A stretch of 64,000 nt of DNA from Kiritimatiellia bacterium. GTDB taxonomy: Bacteria; Verrucomicrobiota; Kiritimatiellia; RFP12; UBA1067. The position numbers were made by a program, and so were the translations under genes. Positions within the stretch are counted from its first letter, which is position 1; each line of letters begins with the position of its first letter. Location: NCBI GenBank assembly GCA_050949565.1, contig JBMNFY010000017.1, forward strand, positions 1,568,001 through 1,632,000. Reading direction: 5' to 3'. The notes beneath the pieces were generated by a model. It was not told where the DNA came from. It saw only the letters and a program-made list of their open reading frames with translations, and ran no database searches. Of this stretch, positions 27,366 to 39,546 are shown piece by piece.

Positions 27366-28763
27366 TTAAATTTGCGAGGCGAGTGGATCGCGTCCCAGTT
27401 TTCGTGTGATCTCATGCACGGAGTTGCGCAACTCGTCTTCAACTTGAATGCGGTCTTGGATAGTCTTGCAGGCGTGTACGACGGTGGCATGCGTTTTATC
27501 AAACGCTTTAGCGATCTCAGGAAGGGATGAGCGCGTCAGTTTTCGACAAAGGAACATGGCCACTTGGCGCGGCGCAGCAATCGAGCGTGTTCGTCGCTTG
27601 CTGGTCATATCAGCTAAACGCAGGTCAAAGTAATCGGCTACCATGCGTTGAATATCCTCGAAGGAGAGTTCTTTTTGACGTTCGTCGTTAAGTTGGTCCT
27701 TGAGCAAATTGCGCAATACATCCAGCGTCATTGGCGTTTCCGGGTTCAGCGAGGCGAAGGAGACCGCGCGCGTCAACGCACCTTCGAGACTGCGTACGTT
27801 GGACTTGATGTTGTCAGCGATGAAAGTGAGCAGGTCATCGTGTAGCCCAACTTTAGTTAACGTTTGCTTATAGCGCAGGATAGCCAAGCGGGTCTCGAAA
27901 TCGGGTGACTCGATCTCTGTGACGAGTCCCCACTCAAAACGAGAAACTAGACGCGGTTCAAGTCCGGACAACTCACGTGGCGGCAGGTCACTGGTCATGA
28001 TGATCTGCTTGCGCGCGTCATACAAGACATTGAAAGTGTGGAAAAACTCCTCCTGCAACCGCTCCTTTCCGGCGAGGAACTGAATGTCGTCCACAAGCAA
28101 GACATCAGTCTTACGATACTTATTGCGGAAATCCGTCGTTGTTCGCTTGGCCAACGACTCGATGTACTCGTTGAGCAAAGTTTCGGTCGAAACATAACTC
28201 ACGTTCGTACCAGGCGACTGCAAGACGCGATGGCCGACGGCCTGCATCAGGTGGGTCTTCCCAATACCGGTCTGACCGTAGATAAAGAGTGGATTATAGG
28301 CACGTCCCGGCGATTGCGAAACCCCAAGTGCCGCCGCATGCGCGAAACTGTTGGAGGGACCGGTGACAAAATTTTCAAATGTGAAGGCGCTATTTAGCGG
28401 ACTACCGTTCCCGTTGGCTACCGGTTGTTTGGCCCGGCGTCTCTTCGAAGGTATCTGCTTCAGATCCGGTTTGGGCATTGTCGCTTCAAGTTCCGCTTTC
28501 AAGTTTGCCGGATCGCGTTCCTCAACCTCAAAGCGAACCGAAAAACCTTGTGGCGCACCAGCCGAAAGCAACGCTTCCTCAATGACCTGTTGATAATGGT
28601 TTTCCAGCCAGGTTTGACAGAAGTCGTTATCAACGTGCAGGATAAACTGGTTATCGCAGATGGAGGAGGGCTTAATAGTCTCAATCCACCGCAGATAAAC
28701 ATCGTCGTGCAGCGCACGCTTTAAGTGGGCACAAGCCTTTTTCCACAGTTCAAAAGCATTCAT
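27366..28763 (-). CDS. dnaA: Chromosomal replication initiator DnaA
   Basis: FTFENFVTGPSN, YNPLFIYGQTGIGKTHL, LLVDDIQF, QEEFFHTFN, RLVSRFEWGL, NVRSLEGAL. Confidence 0.98.
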   Translation of the reverse strand: MNAFELWKKACAHLKRALHDDVYLRWIETIKPSSICDNQFILHVDNDFCQTWLENHYQQVIEEALLSAGAPQGFSVRFEVEERDPANLKAELEATMPKPDLKQIPSKRRRAKQPVANGNGSPLNSAFTFENFVTGPSNSFAHAAALGVSQSPGRAYNPLFIYGQTGIGKTHLMQAVGHRVLQSPGTNVSYVSTETLLNEYIESLAKRTTTDFRNKYRKTDVLLVDDIQFLAGKERLQEEFFHTFNVLYDARKQIIMTSDLPPRELSGLEPRLVSRFEWGLVTEIESPDFETRLAILRYKQTLTKVGLHDDLLTFIADNIKSNVRSLEGALTRAVSFASLNPETPMTLDVLRNLLKDQLNDERQKELSFEDIQRMVADYFDLRLADMTSKRRTRSIAAPRQVAMFLCRKLTRSSLPEIAKAFDKTHATVVHACKTIQDRIQVEDELRNSVHEITRKLGRDPLASQI

Positions 28764-29300
28764 AGGACACACAAAAACAGGTCAAATTCAGAAAGTAAAA
28801 CGGAAAGGGAGAAACCGTAGTGACAATATTGTTGAACCATATTTGTTTTTCCCGTTCAAGGGGAAAGAATAATCAATCGATCAACAGGTTATCAACAGGC
28901 TGGATCGGGGCTCTAACCTAGCCAAATTGAAGCAGTTATGCCGATCACGGATCGCGAACCCAATTATAGGCGCAGTAAAAACGCGAGAGTTGTTAACAAG
29001 AAGGATGGAGAAAAAAATCGAGGAAAAACCTATAAAGTAAGACCTAAAATAGTCGTAACTCATTCATGATAAAGATGTTATGATAAAAAAATATTCACTC
29101 AATATGTCGAATAAATTTTTCGTCGTTCCGCATTTTTCACGCCGTGTGTTGAAAATAACGGAAAACCGTTACAAAAAAACAGAAAAAACACGTTTTTTGA
29201 AGTGAGAAACAATTGTGTGTTTTTAAACGATTGATAAATTTTATGAACAACCGACAATAAAAGTAATAGGGAGGCCGTTTTTACTTTTACTTTTGGTTTT
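28764..29300. promoter_or_regulatory. AT-rich dnaA upstream region with DnaA-box-like and IHF sites (second oriC part and/or autoregulation)
   Basis: CGATCAACA (28878), TTATCAACA (28889), TGTTAACAA (28991), TGTTGAAAA (29147), TTATGAACA (29241); IHF match at 29224-29236. Confidence 0.65.
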
Positions 29301-29318
29301 ACATTGAGGAAACAACCT

Positions 29319-29918
29319 ATGCAGAATCTTACTCTGGCACTCGTTTTTGCGCTCGTTAGCGTCTCTCTCTTTGCGCAACAACCCGATGCAGTAGCGGCGA
29401 ACCGCGAGCGTCCGCGTATGTCGCGCTCTCCAAACTATGGGAACTGGGTCGGGAAACAGGTTATGAATCCAGAATTCATGGAGAAGGTCGGCATCCATTC
29501 TGGACAAGCGCAAAAGCTTAAAGAGGAAATGGAAAAAATCGATACGCGGCTCAAGACGCTAGATGAGGAAATCTATGCTGCCGCACTCCAACAGGCAGAC
29601 ATCGCAAAAAAGGTTTTGTCGGCACCCGGTCAATCAACGGAAGAACTCATGAAATTGGTCGAGCGCATCGGCACGATGCGAACCGAACAGGCCAAACTTT
29701 CCACGCAGATTCTGGTCGTGATTCGCGATAATCTGACTGAGGCGCAACGTGCGAAGGCCCACGAACTGATCACTGCCGAAGGGCAACGTCGTCTCAAAGA
29801 GCGTATGGAGCGGCGCGAGCGCGGAGAGCGTCAGCGTCCCGGTCCAGACGGTCAGCGTCCACCGCCGCGTCGGCGGCCCGATCCCCCGCAGCGTCCCGCT
29901 GCGCCTCAAGGGTGGTAA
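29319..29918 (+). CDS. Periplasmic Spy/CpxP/ZraP-like helical protein
   Basis: GAGGA RBS, signal peptide ...SLFA|Q, coiled coil, LTEAQR motif. Confidence 0.7.
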   Translation: MQNLTLALVFALVSVSLFAQQPDAVAANRERPRMSRSPNYGNWVGKQVMNPEFMEKVGIHSGQAQKLKEEMEKIDTRLKTLDEEIYAAALQQADIAKKVLSAPGQSTEELMKLVERIGTMRTEQAKLSTQILVVIRDNLTEAQRAKAHELITAEGQRRLKERMERRERGERQRPGPDGQRPPPRRRPDPPQRPAAPQGW

Positions 29919-30041
29919 ACAACGGGGCGTAGCCGTGCGATTTTTCAGTTGAATCGCATCTTCCCTTGTGTTGCGCTAAGAGCAGCCTCTGTGTTATCTT
30001 GTGGTTGGCTGTTATGGTTACGGAGATCACGGAGGTTCCTT

Positions 30042-33000
30042 ATGAAGCGGTGTCTTGTCGGGTGAGCTTTTCTTTTCTGCGGCCTCGCAGTGCAAGCGGC
30101 TGTCTATTACGTGGATTGCGATCGCCCTGATAACACGGGGGACGGATTGAGTTGGGCGACGGCCAAACGGACGATTCAAGCCGCCATTGATGTCGCCACC
30201 AACGGTGACACCATCCGCGTTGGTCCCGGCACGTATGGCGAAGGGACCACCCCCACGCCCGACAGCATTATCCGCAGCCGTGTGGTCTGCGAGAAAGCGA
30301 TAGTCATCGAATCAACCGGCGGTGCCGAGGCCACGATCATTCTGGGCGAACGCGATCCGCTCGACACCAGTTACCAAGGAACTGGCGCCAACGCTGTGCG
30401 CTGTGTTTACATGAGTGCGGGTACGCTTACCGGTTTCACACTTACTGGCGGTGCCACCCACAGCGATATTACCGAAAACTCCAACTGCAGAGGCGGCGGT
30501 CTCCTGGCCGCCAGTTTTACGCCGGTCGTCTACGACTGTATCGTCAGCAACAATGCCGCACGCCGCGGCGGCGGGGCATACAAAGGCACGTTCCACCGTA
30601 CGCGCTTCCTCGGTAACTTCGCTTCCCAAAATGGTGCCGGTGTACGCGAATCGCGCCTGCACGACTGTCTGCTAGCCTTTAACAACGGTGGCGCCGTGGC
30701 CTACTGTAACAGCCAGTCCCTTTTCCCCGTCAACTGCACCATCGCCCGCAACACTGGCGCGGCACTGGACTGCTCCGGCGGCTATAACTTGATCGTCACC
30801 GAGAACGGCAACGCATTTGCGGGAACGCGGTATTCGGTTGTTGACAGTTGCATCCAGTATGCGACAAATGTGGGGTCAAACAATCTGGTCACCACCCAAG
30901 CGCACTTCGTCGATTCAGCCAACGGCGACTTCCGTTTGCTCGCCAGTTCCCCCTGCCTCGACCGCGGCAATCCGGCCTGGACCGGTGCCGCGCCGTCAGC
31001 GGACCAGCGCACCGATCTGGCCGGTAATCCCCGCCTGCAGGGCGCGGCGCTGGATCTCGGTGCGCTGGAAGGTGCCGTGTCCGGCGTAGCGGTGGTCACC
31101 TGTACCGCGCCGACCGGCAACGGCACGCTGACGCCGCAGGGACACTTCTTCCTGCCCGTGCTGCCCACTCAGCTTCTCTTCACCGCTACGGCTGATGCCG
31201 GTTCCGTGCTGCGCCACTTTAGTGTTAACGGCTACAAACAGAAGGATTGCGGGACCACCTTCGCATTGCGCATCAAAGATCCGGGCGCGGTCTATATTGT
31301 GACGGCCGAATTCCGCCCGGCTCGTTACGTGGATCCTGCCGGCAGCGACGCGAATGATGGCACTTCGTCGGCTACGGCCTGGCGTACACTCCAACACGCC
31401 GCGACCACCGCACCGAGCGGCAGCATGGTTCTGGCCGCGCCCGGCACCTACAACGAGGGGCACGCATTTGGCGCTTTGCACAGCAATCGCGTCGTTGTTA
31501 CGCGCAATATTGTTCTCAAAGCTACGGCGGGTCCTGAACAGACCGTGATTGAGGGGGCCACCGATCCTGATAGTACGCTTTATGGTTGTGGTACAAATGC
31601 TATGCGTTGCCTCTACATCTCAGCCGGCGCGGTCGAGGGTTTCACCTTGACCGGCGGGGCTGGCAGTGTCTCGCCCGGAGACAAAGATGCTGACAATGTA
31701 CGCGGTGGTGCCGTATTCGCCACAGAGTCGGGGACTTTGTGGGATTGCGTGATTTCCAACAATGTGGCGAGTCGTGGTGCGGCTGGTTTCGGCGGTACTT
31801 TCAACCGGTGCCTGGTGACCGGCAACCGCGTGTACAACAACGGCACCTTCCGCGCGGCGGAGGTTTATGATTGCCTGATTGTCAACAATATCGGCAACTG
31901 GGCCGGTGTTTTCGGGGGGCGCTTCTACGGTTGCACGATCAGCGGGCAATCCGCAGGGGGCGGAATCGGTGAGAGCACAACAGCCTACAACACGATCCTC
32001 TTCGATAACGCCGTGCAGGACGCCGCGGCCAAGGCCATCTGTATCAACTGCTGTACCGGCGGCCAGTTGCGCCCCGGTGCCGGTAATATCGCCGCAGATC
32101 CGCTTTTTGTTGACGCCGCCAACGGCGATTTCCGGTTGCGCGCCGATTCACCCTGTATCAACGCGGGCGATGCGACCTACGGAGCCGGCATAGGCGGTGC
32201 CGACTTTGTCGGTGCCCCGCGTGTGCAGGGCGGCGGTCAATATCGGCGCGTACGAAGGCGCGGTCGGCTCGATCATGGCCTCTGCCACCAGCGGCGGCTC
32301 AATCAATCCCTCTGGCGCGTTCCTGCTGACCAATGACGTCACCTTCACTGCGACGCCGTGGCCCGGTCGCGCCTTCCGCCACTTCGAGTTGAATGGTGTG
32401 CAGGTGCCCGGCAGCGCCACCAGCCTGGATATTGTGGCCGCCGATTATGGCGACGGTGCCGTTATCGTGCGTGCCGTCTTTCAAGATGGATTCTACGTGG
32501 ATGCCGCGACAGGCGACGACGCCAACAGCGGCCTTGAAGCCGATCAGCCGCTTAAGACCCTGCAAGCCGCCGCATCACGTGCGTTGGACGGCGATACCGT
32601 GCGCGTCGCGCCGGGCACCTACGACGCCGGCTCCGCAGCCGTGACCGCAGGCGCACTCGCCAACCGTCTGGTCATCACCAATGACATCACAGTCATGTCG
32701 CTCGGCGGACCGGAAGACACCTTTATCGTCGGTGCCCGCAGCCAGAATGCGAACGGTTGCGGTTCGGATGCTGTGCGCTGTGTCTACATGTCGGCTGGCA
32801 CGCTTCAAGGCTTTACCATCACTGGCGGTGCGACTGACACCGAGGACGGCGGGTTTGAGAACGACTGCGGCGGCGGTATCTATAGTTTGTTTTCATCGTC
32901 GGCGAGCGTCATTGACTGCATTATCTCGAACAACATTGCTTACAGCAGAGGCGGCGGTGCCTCGTTCGGCGTGCTACACCGTTGCCGGATCAGCGGCAAC

Positions 33001-35097
33001 GCTGCCATCGGCACCGGTCCCACCGCCTTCGGCGGCGCGGTCCGTGGCAGCAGGGTTTATGACTCGCTGATCGTCAATAACAGCGGCTCATACGCCATCG
33101 CCTTCGCTTACCTGTACAATGTCACGGCCTACAATGATTCACCGGTCAGCACATCATCTGCCTACAATTCGATTTTGATCTTGATCGGCGGCGGCAACAG
33201 CTATGCCGGCTCTGACTCCAGCCGCAAGGTCTTCCACTCCTGTCTGTCCGGCACGCTTCCCGCAGCGAATGACGGCGGCGGCAATCTGTTCGAAGATCCG
33301 CTCTTCATGGATCCGGTGGCCGGTGATTTCCGCCTCCATCTTACCTCGCCCTGCATTGATAGGGGTAGAATCGGCCCTTACGGTAGCGGACTGGGTCTTG
33401 ATCTCCTCGGCGCCGCACGCCTGCAGGGCGCGGATGTGGATATGGGGGCCTACGAGGGCGGGGTCGGCGGCGTAAGGATTATTGCTTCCGTTGACGGTGG
33501 CGGCTCCCTCGAACCGCAGGGCACGATGTTGTATCCCGCCTCTCCGGTTGAAGTGAGTTTCACTGCCACGCCATGGCCGGGCCGTGCGTTCACCCATTTC
33601 TCGACCAATGGTGTTGCCCTGCCAGCCGTCGGCAATACCCTGCAACTCAATCTAACCACCGATCAAGCCATTAACCTGGTTGCGCACTTCGCCGGTACGC
33701 TCTACGTGGATGTCGCGCGTCCCGACGACAGCGGCGATGGGTTGAGTTGGGGAGCGGCGAAGCGTACCCTCCAGGCGGCTGTCGTAGAGGCCGCCGACAA
33801 CGACACCGTGCTTGTCGCGCCCGGCCTGTATCAGGAGGGTGCTTTTGTTACGCCGAATGAAAAGGCCACCGGCTATATCATGAACCGCGTGGTAATCACC
33901 AACCGGATCACGGTGCGCTCACGCGACGGTGCCGCAGCCACCGTCATCCAAGGCGCGTTCGACACCGCTTCCGGCGACCTTTACGGACGTGGTCCCAACG
34001 CCGTGCGCTGCGCCTACATGACCAAGGGCGTTCTGCAAGGATTTACCCTGACCGGCGGCGCGACCGACCGCGTCAATCTCGAAGACGAAAACAATCGCGG
34101 CGGCGGTGTTTATGTTCCGGAACTTACCTACACGCCGGAAATCCTCGACTGTGTAATTACCAACTGTGCCTCCGTCCGTGGCGGCGGCACCCACGCCGGC
34201 ACGCTGCGCCGCTGCGTGCTGCGCGGCAACTATGCCGAAAGAAACAGCGCCGCCGTACGCGGCAGCGTTGCCTACGATTGCCTGATCGTCAACAACCTCA
34301 CATGCGGTACGATTCCCCTGAGCGCGGTGGCGTATGGGTGGTGCTACAATTGCACGTTGGCCAATAATGCGGGGCGGGCCGGAGATTTCACTGCGTTCTA
34401 CAACTGTATCCTGACCGATCCCTCGGTCGACGGCAGGCATTTCGATTGCTGTATCGCCGGCGGCACGGTCCTCGCTGTGACCAACGACGCTTGTTTCGCC
34501 GACGCGCCGCTCTTCGTGGATGCCGCCTCCGGCGACTACCGCCTTGCGGCTGGCTCGCCCTGCATCGACCGCGCGAACCGTGCGTACGTGCGCGACCCGT
34601 TCGGTGCTGATGTGACCGGCGATTTGCGCATGCAGAACGCCGCCGTCGATCTCGGCGCGATCGAGCACGACTGGCGTCCGGCTCCGGCCGCCGCGCTCGA
34701 TGCCGACGGCGTGACTGTCTCCGACCTCACGCCGTTTGTGACCCACGCGGCGCAGACCGCATATCTTGGTGGCAGCGCCGTCTATCTGGACGGTGCCGCC
34801 GCACGGACGAACGGCCAGAGCGAGATCACGATGGGCGTACCTTGGTACGTGCCTTATGGGCGCAGCGCCACGCTGCGCGGCGAAGTCACCGGCAACGGCA
34901 CACTCGCGTTCTACGAAGGCGAGTCGCTGATTGCGACGCTGACTTCCAGTGATGGCGCGTTCACTCTGAAACATCCCACCGCCGTACAGAAACCCTTCCC
35001 GCTGCGCATCATCTACGCGGTCGGCGATGGCGATACCGGCGGCGCGTTCCTCGACGCATTTGAAGGTTGCGCTGGCATGCTCTTCATGTTAAGATAA
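30042..35097 (+). pseudogene. Disrupted giant secreted protein with 4 x (DUF1565-like + right-handed beta-helix + choice-of-anchor-Q-like) modules
   Basis: GGAGG RBS and ATG 30042; in-frame TGA at 30063; frameshift at ~32230 joins ORFs 30090-32336 and 32197-35097; four YVD...DG.S...A..TLQAA modules. Confidence 0.8.
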
Positions 35098-35119
35098 CAG
35101 CACTAATGGAGGATAAGAC

Positions 35120-38100
35120 AAGAAACGTGGTTCGCACTGCTTCTGGATTGTTCTGATTGTTTTGTCTGGCGGGTTGCTGCATGCGACGGAGTATCTCTGG
35201 ACCGGCGCGGCGGGCAATGGTTTATGGAGCGATTCTGCCAACTGGTCGCCGGCCGGAGTACCCGCCGAGACGAATGATCTTGCCACCTTCGACGCCGCCG
35301 CCACCGTCACGTCGCCCGCTGCGTATACCGGCGCGGTCGCCGTCACGACCGGTACACTGACGCTGATCACGCCCAACGGTGCCAGCCACATTCTGGCCGG
35401 CCCCGTGTCCGGCGCGGGTGCGCTTACGGTGGAAGGTCCCGGCACGTTGGCGCTTTTCGGCGTGAACACCGCCTTTACTGGCCCCATCGCCGTCACCAAC
35501 GGTACATTGCTGATCAATGATGAAGCGGCGCTCGGTGACAACATCGCCCCGCTGACCATCCATTCATCGGGCGTCCTTGATCTTGGCGGAGCGCCAACCA
35601 GTGGTTCCATCAAGATCGTCAAGCCCGTCACAGTGGCCGGTACGGTGGACAACACCTCGATTTACGCCCAGCAGCATGCGTTCGGCGGACGCGTCACACT
35701 CGCCGCCGGTGCACGGTTCACCGGCCCGGGACGCTTCGACATCCGCAACGGCACGCTTGATCTCGACGGTCAGGTGTTCACCAAAACCGGCACCAACTCA
35801 GTTCAGATCGTCGGCACCACCGCAGTGACCAACGAGCCGCCCGGCATCGCGTTCGACGTCCAAGAGGGCGAGTTGTTGTTCGCCGATGCTGTCACCTTCA
35901 GCGGCACCTCCGCTTCGACCGTCGAGGTCGCCGCCGACGCATGCTTGGCGGTCTATCTGGTCGAGCGTCCGATCCCGTACAGCGTGCGCGCCGCCTCGGG
36001 CGTCACCCTGAAAGCCAATGACGGCAACAGTGTACTGAACACCAACCTCAACATCTATACAGGACCGGTCCAACTCAACGGCGACATCAGCGTTGTGGGT
36101 TCGACTCATTCCCAGCAGTCGCTGCGCGGCCCTGTGAGCGGTCCGGGCGGCGTGACCGTCGCCAGTAGCGAACTGCTGTTGGCAAATCCCGCCAACAATT
36201 ACAGCGGACCGACTGTGGTTTCCGGCGGCGTCCTGCGCCCGCTCACGCCTGCCGCGCTCTCGCCCGCGTCGGCCCTCACCGTGAAAAACGGCGGCACGCT
36301 CCGCCTGCTCTCGGCACCGACTTCAGCGGAAGGCTGGACCGACACGGATATCGCGGGTGTGCTCACGTCCTCCGTTTTCCTCGACCCGACGGCCAGGCTC
36401 GGCATCGACACGTCGCTGCGCGATGTGACGTTGGATGCGCCGCTGGCCGACTTCACGCACGGTCTCGTCAAATACGGCACCGGAACACTCGACTACCTCG
36501 TATCCGGACCGCTCGAATCGGGAGCGCTCATCGTCCGTGAGGGAACGTTAAACATCGGACCGACAGGTGCACTTACGCTGCCTGCGCCCGAAACGGTTAC
36601 TGTCGATCCCGCCGCCGGACGAACGGGGTACCTGAACCTCTCCGGCAGTACCTCGGTGGCCACTGCGGATCTGGGGCAGGGCATCAACCAGCCCGCCCTT
36701 TATGCGGGGAGCACTGGTCGCGGCGTCGTCACTTTCACAAACACCGCTTCGGCCTCGGTCGGACGTCTCGATGTCGGTCGCGAAAACGGTTCTGTCGGCG
36801 TCATCCGGCTCGCTCCGGGCACGGTGCTGCACAGCCGCTCGGGTTCCGGCAACACGGCGTTTGCCGGTATCAACAACGGCTCGTACGGCTATATCCAGAA
36901 CGACGGCGGTACGTTCACCAACAACGGTGAACTCGCCCTCGGCCTTTATACAGGTTCCTGCGGCATCTACCGTCAGACAGCCGGTGAGTTCGCCATGGCC
37001 GGGGGCACGGTCGCGCCCGCCGGGACGCAGGGCGGGTACTACGGAGGACTCACCTACATCGGCCGCAGCGGGACCGGTCACGCCTATGTCAGCGGCGGCT
37101 CTTTCGTGCAGCACGGCGTCAACCAGATTCACATGGGGGCTCACTACGCCGCCACCAGCGGCGGGTTGTCAGTATTGACGGTCGACGGCACGGCCAGTGT
37201 TTCCGCTAACCGGATCGATTGCTGCAGCGGCAATCCCAACTCGCGCGTCCTGATCAATCTGTTGGGCGGTACCCTCTCACTGCGCTATATTTGGCGTAGC
37301 GCCCAGACTGGCAGCAGCGCCACCGTCAACTTCAACGGCGGCACTTTCCAGGTAGCGTACAACAATCAGCCCAATCTCTTCCAAGGCGGAACGGCCTGCA
37401 TCATCTACCCCGGCGGCGGCACGATCGACACCGCCGGCCGGAACGCCACGCCCGCCACCGCGCTGGTCGGGCGCCTCTGGCATGGGCGTGGACGCCATCG
37501 CTCTCGGCGCCCCCGGCACCGGCTACCTCGCGCCGCCGCTGGTCACTCTCTCGGGTGGCGGCGGGACCGGCGCGTTCGCGTTCGCGGAAATCGATCCAGA
37601 CGCCGGCACAGTGACCGCCGTCCGTATCCTGAACCCAGGCGCGGGTTACACCTCGCGCCCGTCGGTCACGTTCTCGGGCGGCGGCGGTAGCGGGGCCTCA
37701 GCCACCGTCACCCGCATCGCGCCGCAGGCCGGCGGCGGCTTCACCAAGGTCGGTGCCGGCACGCTCACGCTCTCCCATCCTTCTTCCTACACCGGTCCCA
37801 CGGTCGTGCGCGGTGGAGCCCTCAGCATCGCAGCCGACGGCGCGTTGCCCGCCACGCCGCTGACGGTCGGCGGCAGCGACGTCCCCGCCAAGCTGTTTCT
37901 GAACAATCGCACGGTCAACGTGCCTTCGCTCGCTCTGGATGATGGCGGACGCATTATCGGCGGAACCATCGCCACGCCGTTAATTGTTAAAGATTCTCCC
38001 GGCATCACCGATCTCGAAGTCCTGTGCGCCGCGCCGGCGTCCCTCACGCCGGGCCTCTATGCAGCGCAGATCGTGGACACCGGACTGACTTGGCAGGCCG

Positions 38101-39545
38101 TGCAGCAGCTTCCCCTGCCGCAGACCAATATCGAACTTGGTGCCACGCTCGCCAACACACCGAGCAGCCGTTGGAACCCCAACCATGCGGGGCTTTACAC
38201 CGGCTTCATCTGGAACCGCTCGCCCACCAACGAGGTCTGGTCATTCGCCGAATCAATTGACGATTGCGTGTTGCTCGTGCTGGACGGCGAGGTTCTTTTC
38301 AACGACGACCAGTGGAATCGCACGATGGTCGCCACGCGTACGATCACCCCCGGCCCCCATGCCATCGAGCTGCGCGTCTACAATCACGGAGGGGTAGGCG
38401 GCCCTGCGGCTGTGGACGGCTGGACCACTAATGGTTGGGGCGTCGGCGTGGACCGCCTCGGGCGCGGGTCGAAAGATACCGCCTGCTATGAAAAGCTGAT
38501 CGATCCCGGTGACGGTTCGTTGCTCACTGTCAACACCAACGTTGCGGCCCCTCGCGCCGAAGTCCGCAGTGGTACGTTGCGGCTCGTTCCCTGTGCGCGC
38601 CCCGGTCTGTATGCCGCCCAGTACACCAACGTTGCCTGGAGCACCACCACGCCCGCCAATCCTCTCGACTCGGTTGAGCTTGGTGCTACGCTCGCCAACT
38701 CCCCCGCAAGTTTCTGGAAGGACAATCATCTGGGTATCTACACCGGTTTCATCTGGAACCGCTCGCCCACCAACGAGACATGGAACTTTATCGAGTCGAT
38801 CGACGACTACGTTTGGCTGTCGCTCGACGGTGTGGTCGTCATCAACAACACGGCATGGAACGTGACCACGGTCTCTACCAATGTCGTCTCCCCCGGTCCC
38901 CATGCCATCGAGCTGCGTGTCTTCAACGGCACAGGAGGTGCCGGACCTGTGGCCAAGGACGGCTGGACCTCCACCGAGTGGGGCTTCGGCGTGGACCGCC
39001 TCGGGCGCGGGCTGAAAGATACCGCCTGCTATGAGCCGTTGATCGATCCCGGCGACGGCTCTTTCCTGACCACCGGCTCTGTTGAGCGCGACCCGTTCCA
39101 AGACGTGCCCGTTGATGTCGCCGCAGGCGCGGCGCTTGATCTGGACGGCGCGGCCCAATGCGTGCAGCTCATCACCGGCGGCGGCACCGTCACCAACGGC
39201 ACTCTCGCGGCTGGCAGCGTGCTCTCGCCCGGCGGCGACGACGCCACCGGCACGTTGACGCTGAGCGATGTGACCCTCGGCGCTGTGGTTTACCGCGCGA
39301 CGTTGCGCGATGCAGCGGCGGACGTCCTCGCCTTCACGCAGCCGGTCGATCTTTCGGCGCTCGTGATCGTTCCTTCGGACGCGCTTTCCCTCGCCGCCAG
39401 CGGCCGCGACTACATCATCGCCACGGCACCCTCGTTCACCGGTACCCGGCCCGTATTGTCGGGCTTCCCGTCCCGCTGGAAGGTGATCGTCCGGGGCAAC
39501 GAGTTGCATCTCGCAGCCCTCGGCGGCACGGTTGTCTTACCATCT
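35120..39545 (+). pseudogene. Disrupted secreted protein with autotransporter-associated beta-strand repeats (PATR) and two PA14-like domains
   Basis: GGAGG followed by AAG where ATG is expected (35120); frameshift at 37469-37471; TKVGAGTLTL...YTGPTVV repeats; expected stop near 39540 is missing, so the ORF runs to 39674. Confidence 0.75.
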
Positions 39546-39546
39546 T

